Part shown: piece after piece, positions 1 through 13,815 of the stretch | How positions within the stretch are numbered: position 1 is the first letter of the stretch | How the letters are laid out: every line of letters begins with the position of its first letter | DNA from: Heteronotia binoei | Taxonomy: Eukaryota | Direction: 5' to 3' | Assembly (NCBI RefSeq): GCF_032191835.1 | Contig: NC_083223.1 | Location: forward strand, 245,520,001 to 245,584,000 | Length of the DNA stretch: 64,000 nucleotides | The notes under the pieces: model-generated | What the model was told of the DNA's origin: nothing | What the model saw: the letters and a program-made list of their open reading frames with translations, nothing else | Databases searched by the model: none | Translations under genes and position numbers: made by a program

Positions 1-640
1 CAAGATCTGGAACAGATATTAGAGACTGAATTCCCCCTGGGCCAGCTGCAATATTCAGCAATCACAGCCACCACCAGTGTTCCACATTCAGAACTTCTGT
101 GTCACTTTGCCTTGCATGAAAAGCAGTAAAGATAGTTCTTTGAATCACTGCTGTATATCAGGCATAAGCTGGACTTCCAAAGGTAAACACTGGTGTCATT
201 AAACATGGAGGTCTGATAATCTTTCTTACTCTTCCACCAACTAATGAGCCTTTTGATAATGTGGCTTCCATTCATTATCAATGCTCTGTGTTCAATTACA
301 CCAGTGTTTGGCTTTGGAAGTCCAGTTTCTGCCTGATACACAGCAGTGATTCTCCAATGAGAAAGTTTGATTACAAAAACAAGAAACTCCACCAGGATCT
401 TGTTTGGAACTGTGGAGTATCTTTGGAATTTGCCACATGAATTATTGCTTATTTGATGTTTTTGGGCACTCTTGTGTCCAGGACTTTTGGCTTTAAGGAG
501 CTACTTATGTATGGACATGGTATTTGGATGTATACGCTTTGGAGAGTGTAAATAACAGTATACATTTGGCATTTAGTGTTATATGGCTTGATTATGCACA
601 GTGTTCTGATTGCTACTGTGTGCCTTGGTTGTTCTCTTGA

Positions 641-772
<132 letters not shown>

Positions 773-1544
773 TAAGCAGTAAGCCTGAATGTCCAGAATT
801 ATGTGCCTTCTTTGACAAGTCTGTGGGATATTGCATTTAAACAAAGGGAAGGAAAATGACATCAGTGTCCTGTTTTAATATTCCGGTTTGAAGGGATGAA
901 TCCCAGCTCTCAGCATGTGAGCCTGCTTTATCAGTTTAGCTGTCCATGTAATCCCATGCTATCTCCTCTAACTGGCAGCAGCTCTTCAGAGCCTTAAAAT
1001 TTAAGACTCTTTCCTGGTCCTGCTACTTGAGATCCCTTTAACAGAAGATGGCAACAGGTGAACATGGGAGAGTCTGCCTGAAAGGTGTGTGCTAATTAAG
1101 GTGTGACAGAGCACTGTGCATGGTCACGTGCAGTTTCCCTACATTATATTTCTGTATTGACTGCATTTTCTGAAGATCCATTCTCATTCTGATGAGACAC
1201 CCCAACTTGTGGATTGCACTGCCTCATAGAGTATTTGTGGAATTGTACCTTCATTACATTGGCTGGTTTAGTGCTGTTATGCTAGAATAAACGTTAAGGA
1301 AAAGATACTGCGAAGAGGCAGTACCAACCAGTGTGGCATAGATTGAGCAATGTGCCATTTCGGCTGATCTTGCTAAGCTCAGGTCTGCCATTTGCACTGG
1401 TAGCATGTCTGGCATACTAATACCCTTGGTCCTTGGTAAGGTAACTGAAAGCAAAGGCTGAGATCTTTGCTCATCATTTGCTTGTCACACTCCCCAGCAG
1501 TTCACAATGGCTTTATGCCATTCTGAGCGAGAGCGCTGTTTTAA

Positions 1545-1802
<258 letters not shown>

Positions 1803-2180
1803 TGAGAACAGTAGCCCAGTGAGGGGAAAGGGAACCAAGAAATGTGTTTTGCTTAGAGAAAAGATTAAGGGAAACGTTGCCAGAGAATAGTGTTTTAGAT
1901 CAGCAAATCTCTGTGTAATTTTACAGCACGTGCTGTTCTAGTCAGTATGTCCGTATGTCCACTTGGATTTTACACATGTGGGACTTTTGCAGAGGTCTCT
2001 CAGCTTACAGTGATTTAACCCAAACGATTGAGTGCCTGATACATGTATTTATTTATAACATTTTTGTGCCACCTTCCCACCCTGATCAGGGTCTCTAAGG
2101 TGGTGATCAGTCAAAACCTTAAAAGAGATTTTAAAATGAACAGAAACAATTCAAAACTTATCTAATGGCGATTAAATAGT

Positions 2181-3717
2181 TCACGTCCCCCTTCTGACTT
2201 GTGGAGGACTGGCCTGCCTGACAGGGTTGTTGTTGTCAGGCCTAGATTTTTCTGAGGGAGCCCACTCCCTGGGTTTCTTTGCTGGTGCCACCCACATAGA
2301 CATACCCAAGTCTCCCTCTATCTCATTGAGGATGGTGGCTGCCTCCTCCACAGTTTTTAACTTTTTGTCCCTGAGGACCCATTTGACCTGAGGAGGGATC
2401 AGGCTGTAAAATTGCTCCAGCCCTATCAGGTTTCTTAGCTCCTCAAAGGTGGTGACTTTGCTGCCTTCTATCAACCTGTTGAGGGCTCTCTCCAGCCTGC
2501 ACCCCATCTGGGAATATGTCTCCCCAGACTTCCTTTTGATTTCACGGAAGGTTTTTCTGCTTTGCTCTGCCGTGAAGCCAAATCTGACCCTGACCCTTTC
2601 CTTGAACAGGTCATAATTTGAAGTCTCATCGTCCCTCATCTCTGAGTATATCTCACTCAGGCCACCACAGATCTGAGGGCGCAAATAAAGCATCCTGTCC
2701 CCATCAGCAATGCGCAAGTCATGGCATGTCCTCTCAAAGCTAAAAAAGAATGCTTACGCATCTTCTCCCTTATTGTACTTGGGAAACTTTTTCTGTTCTA
2801 CAGGAGGCCTGTCCCTGTGAGGACTGGGGAATTCTGCCCTCACTTGGAATTCTTTGCTTTTGAGTGTATATCGCTGTTTTTCTTGTTCTCTCTGCCTTTC
2901 CCTCTCTCTTTCTTCCCTTTCTCTCGCTCTTTCTTCCCTTTCTCTGCTTGCATTTTGGCCATTTGTAACTGATATTCTCTTTCTGCCTTTTCTCTCTCTG
3001 CTTCAAGTTTTTCCCTCTCTAATCTCTCCATTCTCTCCGCCTTCTCTCTCTCTAATCTCGCCATTCTCTCAGACTCTTTCTCAGATGCTTCAATTCTGGC
3101 TTCAATTCTGGCTCTTTCGTTCTGTATTCTCATTTTTCTAAATCCTGACTGGGGTTCTCCCCAGTAGCTGCCTCATCAGGCTGGCCGTAATCTCCCTTTG
3201 CTTTTCCCGCCTTTTGTGGTGGTGCCATTTCTGACAGGAATTTCTCCTCAAAAATAGTTCTGAGGTATAAAAATATTAAAAAAATTGTTTCACCAAATGT
3301 GAAGATCTTTAAAATAAACAATAAAGCAGCAGGCTTCAGAATCCTACTAGATTCTACTTCAGGCTGGCTGTGCCTTCTGGGCACTCAGAATGCTGTTACT
3401 TCAGATGTTTATCCCTAGGCTTCGGCAGTGCCAAATCATAAAAATAACAAACCACAATCACTTTTTTCACACACAAATAGAGAACTCCTGACTGGTGTTA
3501 GTATATTCTCCCTCACAGACCCTCTCACACTAGCTATCTTCCAGGACTCGCATACTGATGCATCTCCGAAGACTCTCTGGCTCAGAGTAAAATCCTGAGG
3601 TGTTTTTCTCCTAAGCAAGCCTCAAATGGATACTTTTTCATTGCTCGGGCAACGTTCCAGCCGATCGCTGCAAGCCTGTTCCTCAGCTACTCAGGCTGAG
3701 TTCTTGAGTCCGTCACA
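2181..3717 (-). mobile_element. Truncated, decayed Ty3/gypsy (Gmr1-like) LTR retrotransposon: putative 5' LTR about 3436-3717, PBS-like 3411-3433, broken gag with coiled coil and SCAN-like capsid
   Basis: Gag pieces in ORFs 3130-3384, 2840-3133 and 2181-2717, with KFPKYNKGEDA*AFFFSFER between them and FGFTAEQSRKTFR...GLEQFYSLIP; LTR-like start TGTGACGG. Confidence 0.8.
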
Positions 3718-3750
3718 GGGGCTACTTGCACAACCAAGCCAAAACCCTAA

Positions 3751-4197
<447 letters not shown>

Positions 4198-5300
4198 TAG
4201 AATCTGATCCAGCTGGCATGTAAGAGCAGACACCTTTCCTATCATGCAGAATCTTAATTATTTATCCGAAAGTTCAGGGTCATGAACTTTAGTGCCTGAA
4301 AGCATTGTGTCTGGCATTGTGTTTGGTGTTACTTGGTGTTGGGTTTGAGTTTATTGTATGTGCAGATCTGTTTCCTGTCTGTGACATATTAAAATACTGC
4401 TGTTAAAGTTTTGTGCACATCACTGAATTGTTTGGATACTTCCCCCTTCTTTGTGGAAGAAAAATACTGTCAAGTAAATCATTTCAACAGCCGAAGAAAA
4501 GTAGCATTGTGTCTTGCCCGAATAAAAAGATTGAAGTCAGCACCAAAAGGAGAAAAGAGGAGAGGGGACATAAAGTGAGCACCCCTGGAGTCCCAGATCT
4601 TGGGTGCTCCCTCCCACTGGGAGGGCTTGCTCTGTGGCTGCAGTCACTGAGAGATGGCCTTTTAGAAGGATTATGCCCATTGCCTGGGTCATCTCTATAT
4701 TCCAGGGGTCAACTGGGGCTCCAGCGGGCTACTCTTGGCACACTGGACATCTAATATTTCTTTTGCCAGCATAGGCCAGATTTCCATTCAAGGCAGCAAA
4801 CCTGGGGACAGTCACAGTTTAGAAAACTTTTTGTCAGAGGGAGAAGGCAGAGCACCCATGAAGAAAGGGAGAAGTGGGATGCCTGTCCCTTGGGGCTTCA
4901 TGTCTAAAATGAGAAGTCAGGGCCAGGGTTAAATATTGCGTCAATGCTAATGTCAGATATTGACTTTAGAGTAGTGGCTTTTTACAGAGCAACATACCCA
5001 TAAAACAAAGAGAAAGGCAGGCCCCTGCCATAAATGGATGACAGTATAAAATCCCTGGCATGCTTAAGGTTCCAGGTTCAGCCCCCGGCATCTCCAGTGA
5101 AAAAGACTAGAAAGCATGTGATAGGAAATACCTCAGCCAGAGACTCTGCCAATCCCAGTAGACAATGCTGACCTTGATAAATGAGCAGTCTGCACCCAGT
5201 ATATGGTTCGGGTGTTTAATTCTGCTGTAGAACTAAGCTGTGGCATTGCAAATGGATCCTCAGCTTGAACTATGCTGCACTTTCCCTCCCTCATTTGCAG

Positions 5301-5387
5301 AAGGCCTTTGAACTGGAGCGGCGTGAACAACTGTCAAGCAACAAGAAGAAATGGGAGCAAGCTATGCAAGCCCTCAACCAGCAAGAG
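5301..5387 (+). CDS. DRC1: DRC1 exon, 87 nt, KAFELERREQLSSNKKKWEQAMQALNQQE
   Basis: ttgcag|AAG ... GAG|gtaag. Confidence 0.95.
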
Positions 5388-5751
5388 GTAAGGGGAAGGT
5401 AAACTGCTTGTTCCCCTGTCTGAAAGAAGCTTTCTGAGAGTGTGTGCATCCCTGATTAGCGCTGAAGGACAAGACTTTTGGCAAGAAGAGTCAGAATTAT
5501 ATGTGTTTAGAATTATATGTGTTTATACAATAATAATACGTATAATATGTATAATACGTATGTGCTTTCTGTTTCCTTTTTCAGATTTTTTTTAAGCTGG
5601 CTAGTGGGAGGGGTGGGCGATCTGGGACTGATGCATGTAGCCAGGATCAAATTTCTGCCTTAATTTGATGAGGGTAAAGCAACTGGGCTTGGGCAGGCCC
5701 CTCATCCAGTCAGGGCCCTGACCTTTGTGTGCCTTCTTTTTTTTGGCCTAG

Positions 5752-5877
<126 letters not shown>

Positions 5878-6469
5878 TGACAGGAAAATGGCCCCTGGGG
5901 ACTCATGCACTGGTTCTCTGAGTGCTGTGGGAGCACTGTCCCAAGGATGATGTGAAGGTGGTTGTGCCACTTCTGCAGGAAATCTTCCTTGAAGGCTCTG
6001 TAATTCATTTGATAGGATGGCTTGCTAACAGTTCTCAGGAAGTAGTAGGCTTGCAGTGAAGTCTGGTAGTCAGAAATAGTTTCTTGGTGGTCCAGAGGAA
6101 TTGTAGATCCCTTGAATCATTACTTGACACTGGAACGAGTAGCAGGAATGGAACCTCTAAGATTGATGTTTTGATTCTCATCTGGTGCTTTTCATAGAAC
6201 TTCAGCATTGGATCATAACGTGAATCGTATCCAGCCTATTACCTCTTTTTTAAAAGTTCCTTTTCTCACCTTCCCAGCTTATTCCCCTAGGTTTTGACCA
6301 GGTTTTGATCTCACTGCATCTTTTCATCAGGGGACATCACCACATCTTGCTGTAAATCTGTGGAATAGGTTTCCTCTTTAACTTCCATTTTTGGTGACTC
6401 CTATTTTTGCTGGGGGGAAAATTGGGATCATTGTGATCAAGATCAGTGGTGAATGTTATGTCCTGATAG

Positions 6470-6643
<174 letters not shown>

Positions 6644-7071
6644 TAAAGGAGCAGGATACCTGCCACCCCCAGTTGCCTCTGTGCTCCCTTTTGGGGTCAC
6701 TGTCCTGGAGAGACGATGTCCTGGATTGTGGCTATGGTGTTCATGCCCTGGGAAGCTGTGGCCGATCACACCTCTGATGGCAGGCAATTGGGTGATCAGG
6801 TTGTGCGTTCCATTCACCCCTAAGGACTGCAGGCCTTATAACTGTCCAGGGGCAGAGAGGGAGCCTTTGCTGAGATGCTGGATGTTACATGATTAATTGC
6901 CTGGCTGGGTTGAACTTGCATCCTTTTCCTGAGGATGGCAGGACTGAGCACCTGGGGTTGTCTCAGGTAGAGTGGGAGTCTGGCTCTTTCCAACGCTCCC
7001 TTTCTAGCTCTAGCCACCCTCAAGTGCTGGTTCGCTTGGCCACTTTCCCTTTTCCACCTTTGCCACTATAG

Positions 7072-7392
<321 letters not shown>

Positions 7393-7605
7393 TAGCCTTT
7401 TTGATGGCCAAAGGGGACTTTCTCCTTCCTTTTTCTCCAGTGGAAAAAGTTGGTTGGATCCAACCCGTGGACACCTGATTGTATTCTGACACCACAAGCA
7501 GCTTCCAGGGCTCAGCCTCAGCAGTTCGTAGGGACAGCTGGCCGCCATCTGTGGCCTTGCTTCCAGCTGAATGAAGGAAGCTGCCTGCCTGTTCTTTTTA
7601 CGCAG

Positions 7606-7841
7606 ACACTTTGCCACCGTGGACGCTGAGCACTTTTTGGAGGTGTGGCTGATGAATGAGGAGGAGGCCAAGGGGCTGATCCGCAAAGCCCTTGATGCTG
7701 ACCGGGTCATCAACATCCAGCAGTTGGGGCTACCCTGGACAGAGCCGGACAGCTGGTTTCTGCATAATGTGGGGCCCATCACACATCACAAGAAGAAGAA
7801 GTCGGCCACTGAGCTGGCCCGGGAGGTTATCATGATGGAAT
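7606..7841 (+). CDS. DRC1: DRC1 exon, 236 nt, HFATVDAEHFLEVWLMNEEEAK...FLHNVGPI...EVIMME
   Basis: cgcag|A ... T|gtaag; phase 2 to 1. Confidence 0.95.
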
Positions 7842-8872
7842 GTAAGCATAGTTTTCCTCCAGGTCCTTCACCTAGCCTGGGGGTGGGGGGTGTTCTCTAC
7901 TGAAGACTTTGCTGCAGATCCTGCAAAGAGGAGACATGTAGTACAAGCCTTAGTATGCTTACTCAAAAGTAAGTTCCATTGGCTTTAATGGGACTTGCTC
8001 ACTTGTAAATGTGTTTTGGATTGCAGCTAAGATTCCACTAACACAATAAATGTGTAATCGTGGGGCAGTATATATTTCCCCCTCTTGTTACATTTATTCA
8101 TTTTTATGCCATCCTTCCACGAGGAGCTTTGAGTGGTAAATTGAGTGCCCCACCACTGAATTTAGTCCTCACAACTACCTTTTGAGGTAGGTTATGCTAA
8201 CAGAGAATAGTTTACCTCGGGTCACCCTCTGATCTGAGATTCCTAGTCTGACACTTAGTCTAACCATATAGTACACGATGTCAGCTGAAGTAGTTTGCTT
8301 AATATTTGAAGAACTCTGATTCCATGATCTCAGGTTTTCATTGGAGGAGTCACAAAGGAAGGCAAAGAGCCATGAGATCTTTTCTTGGAAATGAAGGACA
8401 GAATTTGTCTTTTGTCCAAAAGATACAAAAGTGGAGATTCCCTGAGAGGCTGAATTCTCCTGTCAAACAATCCACATTTTTCTGCAGGAGAAACTTATCT
8501 GCACTGTGCAGATGTACATATATGCACAGTTTCTGCTGCTAAATATAGGAAAGGGCAAAGAGCCCTTTGCAGCACTGAAGCCCCTTCTCTTTCCCATGAG
8601 GTCTCCTCAACCTCTCTTTCCGTCCTGAGGTTTTGGCCCCATCTTTTCAAGCATGTCTGTGGTCCACGAAGTATCAAATTGCATACTCACCTGTACATAA
8701 CCCGCAGAATTCTTCCACATGGCAACGTTCTTCTCTTTGTGAATGTCCTTTGCTGTTGTTTTTGTTTGTAGAGAGGGTGTGTAAGGGTACATGCCTTCCA
8801 AGCAGAAATTCTTATCAGTGTTGGTCTCAAGCTTTCTTTGCAATGCCTTTGCCTCACTGCTCTTTACTGTAG

Positions 8873-9051
8873 CGAGCAAAGTAAAACGAGAGTCTACCAC
8901 CCAGTCAGAAAGCGGTGCTCCAGAAGAGAAGGAAGTGGCCCCTGAGGAGGGTGACAAGGGGCCTGTCGAATCCGAGACAGAACTCCCGTATCTCTGGTCC
9001 ATCTCACAAGCAACAGTCAAGCACGTATTGGAGCTCCTGTGTGATGAGTCG
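8873..9051 (+). CDS. DRC1: DRC1 exon, 179 nt, SSKVKRESTTQSESGAPEEKE...VKHVLELLCDES
   Basis: tgtag|CG ... TCG|gtggg; phase 1 to 0. The C-terminal LLCDES is conserved; the acceptor position is less certain. Confidence 0.85.
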
Positions 9052-9234
9052 GTGGGTTGAAGACCTGGGAGCCATTTGTCATGTTACTTTCTGGGTCTGA
9101 AGCCTTGCTTTGCTGTTGTTTCGTGGCCCCCCCCTCGCATCTAATCCCAGGCTGAAGGCATTAGTACAGCATCAGCCACCTACTGTTTTCTGCCAAGAAC
9201 CCTGGGGAATACTCTTTTCTCCTTGTCTTTCCAG

Positions 9235-9324
9235 GGCTTTGTGATTGAGAGCAAGCTGCGGGGGCTCCTCCAGCCTCTAGAGAAGCATGACCGCACCCTC
9301 ATGAGACTGGACTCCATTTTCTCA
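9235..9324 (+). CDS. DRC1: DRC1 exon, 90 nt, GFVIESKLRGLLQPLEKHDRTLMRLDSIFS
   Basis: tccag|GGC ... TCA|gtgag. Confidence 0.95.
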
Positions 9325-9402
9325 GTGAGTTCTGATTCTGAGATGGGAAGATCAAGAAGGGTAACTGTGCTAGTCTGTCTGTAGCAGTAGAAAAGCGCAC
9401 AC

Positions 9403-10436
9403 CTGGCATCGGTAAAATCCTCAGCACTGAGGATTGCTGGGTCAATTCTCCACTTTTTTCATACAAAGAGTGGACGCTTGATAGATCCGGCACTAAAATT
9501 ATTTAAGAGTAAGGTTCTACCACATCTTTTGTACGGTGCTGAAATATGGGGGTGGAACGAGAATGCTTTATCTAGTCTGGAGGTAGTCCAGAATCAATTC
9601 CTAAAACGAATTCTTGCTCTTCCTAGGGGCTCTCTTGCTGCCCTGATGAGGGCTGAAACAGGACTCCCTTCCATAAGAGCACGGGTACACTTAGTTATAA
9701 TAAAACATTGGGGAAAAATAAAAAAACATTGGGGAAAAAGTAAATCCTCTCACCATGCTTCCTTTAATTACCGTTCACTTAATTTTCTGCTATTGAAAGA
9801 TCACAGGCATTCTAGATACCTCAACAACATTATCCAAAGTTATTCTATTCCTGATGATCTCCCAGGGGCCCAAAATGACAATTCTCAATTTAGGGATTGG
9901 ATATTTTTTTCAGATGCATTGCTAGATTGTTCTGTAATCCTAAAATTTAAAGTAGCCCCCTAGTTCAGACTAATCAGATCTGATCATCAGAGATCCCCAT
10001 ACCTGGTTTATCCAGATTTAATCTCAGATCATCCTTCACAGCTCTCCGCTTTCAGACTATGCAAACAACTCTGTTAACTGGTCAGTATTCCCACATCCCA
10101 ACAGAACAATGTTTTGCATTTGTGGTTCACCTATGATAGAGAACCTCCCCCATTATATTCTGTCCTGTCCACTCTGTAAATTTCTGTCTGGAGTACTAGC
10201 CTCCTTAAAAGCACGTTCAGAAACTGAAAAGATTATATTTCTGTTATCTGACAATGATGCTCATGTGTCCTATAGAGTCTCTTTGCCCTTGCAGCAGAGA
10301 AGATAAGAGCAAGAGTAATATTAAATGCTGTAACTTCTTGAGGTTAACCTTTCTGGGGAACTTTTAAGGTGTTTTGTTGTTCAGGTTCTGTTTTGTAATG
10401 CCCAATGGCTATACACAGTAAATTTTTGACGACTGA
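9403..10436 (+). mobile_element. 5'-truncated non-LTR retrotransposon (RTE-X-like), 3' end of the ORF
   Basis: LLYGAEIWG...VQNQFLKRILALP...RAETGLP; C-terminal CICG...HYILSCP; GACT-type tail; 18-bp TSD (9385-9402 and 10437-10454, 1 mismatch). Clade assignment is tentative. Confidence 0.75.
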
Positions 10437-10454
10437 CAGTAGAAAAGAGCACAC

Positions 10455-10548
10455 TGTATCTGAAGAAGTGAGCAGTGACTCATGAAATCTGCCACAAATT
10501 TTGTTAGTCTTTAAGGTGCCACTGGGCTCTTGCTCTTTTCTACTGTAA
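10455..10548 (+). mobile_element. Penelope-like element terminal repeat; its other part at 9361-9402 was split off by the LINE
   Basis: ctgaagaagtgagcagtgactcatgaaa ... tttgttagtctttaaggtgccactgg ... gctcttttctactg. Confidence 0.65.
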
Positions 10549-10994
10549 TGGGAAGGTTATGGATGCAAGGATAGATTTTGATGGAAGGGTCTCTGTCCAA
10601 GGTGGAGAACCTGGGGCTGTCAGGAGTATCCCCAGGGAAGCTGATGGGTTGAGTTTTGCTGGGGATTGCCTGACTTGACTCTGGCTGTCTTGCCTGAAGG
10701 GGCTGGGTCTCTCTACAATTCCAAGCAAGACCCTTTCAGTCCTCTGAGCTACACTCTATTTCTACAGAGTAAAACTATAATGGATGGTTGCCCTGGCTTA
10801 TGTCACTTATGAAGACCTCAGTCTCCAACAAATCACAGGAAGATTTTTGTCTTATTATTAGTTTCATTTTTTTTAAAAAAAAAACATCGTGCGTGTATGT
10901 ATGTGCATGCTTGGAAGGCATGGTTGATTTCTGGCGACCCCTAGTGGGACTTGGACATTTCAGAGATATGCCTGCCCATCTCCCAGCCCCTGGT

Positions 10995-11085
10995 ATTCCT
11001 TGGAGGACTCCCTTCCAGGTACTTGCCAGGGTCAGCCCTGCTTCGCTTTCGAGATCTGATAAGATCAGACTTGCCAGGGCTATGA
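10995..11085 (-). mobile_element. 5S rRNA-derived SINE remnant
   Basis: The reverse complement resembles the 5S internal region (gatcttatcagatctcgaaagcgaagcagggctgaccctgg). Confidence 0.6.
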
Positions 11086-11155
11086 AGCCTATTTGTGGTT
11101 TATTTTAAAGGAAAGGAAGACAGACGGGGGAGGCGTGGGGAAGAGATAAGGAGAG

Positions 11156-11430
11156 AGAAGAAGACAAGACATTGGATTTATATCCTGCCCTCCACCCTGA
11201 ATCAGAGTCTCAGAGCAGCTCACAATCTCTTTTTCTCCCCCTCAACAAACACCCTTTGAGATGGGTGGGGCTGAGAGGACTCTCACAGCAGCTGTCCTTT
11301 CAAGGTCAACCTCTGCCATCGCTATGGCTGACTCAAGGCCATGCCAGCAGGTGCAAGTGGAGGAGTGGGGAATCAAACCTGGTTTTCTCAGATAAGAGTC
11401 CACACACTTAACCACTACACCAAACTGGCT
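11156..11430 (-). mobile_element. tRNA-derived SINE (same family as 41312, 49556 and 55400)
   Basis: Head agccagtttggtgtagtggttaag with box A/B-like motifs; (CTT)n tail. Confidence 0.85.
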
Positions 11431-12219
11431 ACACCAAGCAGAAAGACAGGCTTGAGTAGTAAAAGCTAAAAAGTGGGGCCCATGTAGCAGGTGGGGGCTA
11501 AAGGGACAAAATGCTCTAATGAAACTGAGAGATGGAACCAAATGGAGAGCTATGGAGGTAAGGGCTGTCTGGTTCCCATTCCAGGCTGCAGCTTCGGGCA
11601 TAGTTGGGTAAAGGGCCAAGAGCAAGGGGTCAGGTTTGGCTTCCACTGTAAAGGTGTCTCTCAATCGACAGTGGTGAGCATCTCTGAATGCAAAGTTCCT
11701 AACAACATGCAAGCCTCTCCCCCACACCTCCCCATCCATCATAGCAACAGGCACTCTGACCTTCTGCTTGTATGTATGTGCCCAGGACCCCTCTTTGACT
11801 TTGGCTGGTGTTTAGTTTGCCTCTCCCCTGCTAGCAAAGCTGTGGCTGTCTGGAAGATCAGAGTTGGGTTTTCAGAAAAATTACACTGCAGTACGCTTTC
11901 CATTTTCTGTCCACGGAGCTTCCTGATGTGGGAAAAGAGCTGGAAATTTCACTGGTACACACAGTCTGTTAGATACCACCTCGCTATATGAGGTTGCATA
12001 AATCACCATGGAAAACAGAGAACAGTTAAGAGATGTGCTTGAGCAGAGGCTTTGGTAACAGACTATAGACACCAGTGAAAGTCTGAGTTGTCTGCCTTTA
12101 GTCACTCAGGAAGAAACAATAAAGAAGCTCACACATCAGTGTGAGGACTGACATTCGCTACCATCTGGGCACTTGCCACTGATCCTGCTGACCTGTAATC
12201 TTTCTCTGCTTCTCCCCAG

Positions 12220-12306
12220 GCCCTATCAATTGATAATGAAGATGATTTGTATTACATGGTGGACTTCTTCATGAAGTACAAGGCTCAGTGCATGCTCTCC
12301 CTTGAG
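12220..12306 (+). CDS. DRC1: DRC1 exon, 87 nt, ALSIDNEDDLYYMVDFFMKYKAQCMLSLE
   Basis: cccag|GCC ... GAG|gtaat. Confidence 0.93.
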
Positions 12307-12671
12307 GTAATGATGTGGGTCTGGTGGGGAAGATTGTATTTAAAACTTGCCCAAACTGTCCTCCTGCACGAACATCCTGTAGGCAAATAAAGGCCCTCAG
12401 AAAATTCATGAAAAGGGAGCGATCAGAATATTGCTCCTCTCTGGTTTGCCTGCTACCAGTTGTGACAATGCAAGTTGTACTTTGTCCCAACACTGATAAA
12501 ATTTATGTATTGTTAACATTTTCACCAAGCTTTCATTCATTTTAATTCTTTACAAGTTTCTCCCTGAGGCTGTTGTTTGCCAGTAAATGTTGGCCCAATC
12601 TTCCCTTGTAAATCTGGACAAACCCTCCTGACTGCCTGGAGGTCTCTGAGGGAATTCTCATTGTCATGTAG

Positions 12672-12874
12672 GAGACAGAAGTGAAGGTGGACACAGCTTC
12701 TGAAGAAGCACCTCAAGATGGGACAGCAACCAGTGAAGAAGAGGCCTCTTTTGTTACACGAGAGGAGGCCAAGGGTCTTGTGGTCTCAGCCATAGATCCC
12801 TCCACAATACGCATGCACCCCAATGACATCCTAAAGGCCCTCAGGGCTTTTGTGTGGGAATTCAAGGAGCCAAG
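12672..12874 (+). CDS. DRC1: DRC1 exon, 203 nt, ETEVKVDTASEE...MHPNDILKALRAFVWEFKEPR
   Basis: tgtag|GAG ... AG|gtagg; HPND motif; phase 0 to 2. Confidence 0.88.
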
Positions 12875-13332
12875 GTAGGACTGAAAGTTTGGGGTGCTGA
12901 GGGGAGGGAATGGAATTTGCCAGAAGGGCAGGACATGGAGCAGAATGGAAGGAAGGAGCAAGTCTTGGTTGTGCTGCTGACTCGAGTCCCTGGGGAGCAG
13001 GTCGAAGTGGACACTACTTTCCTTCACCACATGTCCCAGGGGTGTTGTGAAAAAAAACAGGGAAAACACAAACCACTAGGAGTTCCTTAGAAGAAGGGCA
13101 TTATAAAAGTTGGATAAATAAAGGAGGAGCTCATTTTGATGCAATGCCAAGCTGAGAAGCAGGCACCATATTTTCCTTTGCTGGCCAGTTCTGTGACCAT
13201 TGAGATTGTGGCTCACATCCTGAGCTGCATTTCAAAAGTTTTCTTGCAAGGAGTGAGCGTCTGCTGTTGATACACAGACAAATGGCAGTCTAGTGGTTTA
13301 GTTTTGGTAATGTGAACCAACTTTTGCGCTTG

Positions 13333-13530
13333 CTAGCAGCTACCAAGGGTGATGGGATTAGCCTGGAGAGCCAGACTGTAGGACTAAGACTGGAGAAACC
13401 TGGGTTCAAATCCCCACTCCAAGCTTATTGGGCAAACTTGGGCCAGTCAGCCTAACCTACCTTGTAGGGTTGTTGTGAGGATCAACAATGTATGCTGCAC
13501 TGAGCTCTTTGGAGAAAGGGTGGGCTAAAA
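13333..13530 (+). mobile_element. Degenerate tRNA-derived SINE
   Basis: ctgggttcaaatccccactcc (box B) and the following body. Confidence 0.6.
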
Positions 13531-13551
13531 ATGGTGTGTATAGGTAGATGA

Positions 13552-13815
<264 letters not shown>

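Noticed and set aside
102-104. TGA as selenocysteine (SELENOI is a usual neighbour of DRC1)
   Set aside because: The peptide does not resemble SELENOI, no SECIS was seen, and it lies in a DRC1 intron.
11242-11991. Long overlapping ORFs of 166-170 aa
   Set aside because: They overlap a SINE, show no recognisable domain and lie within a DRC1 intron.
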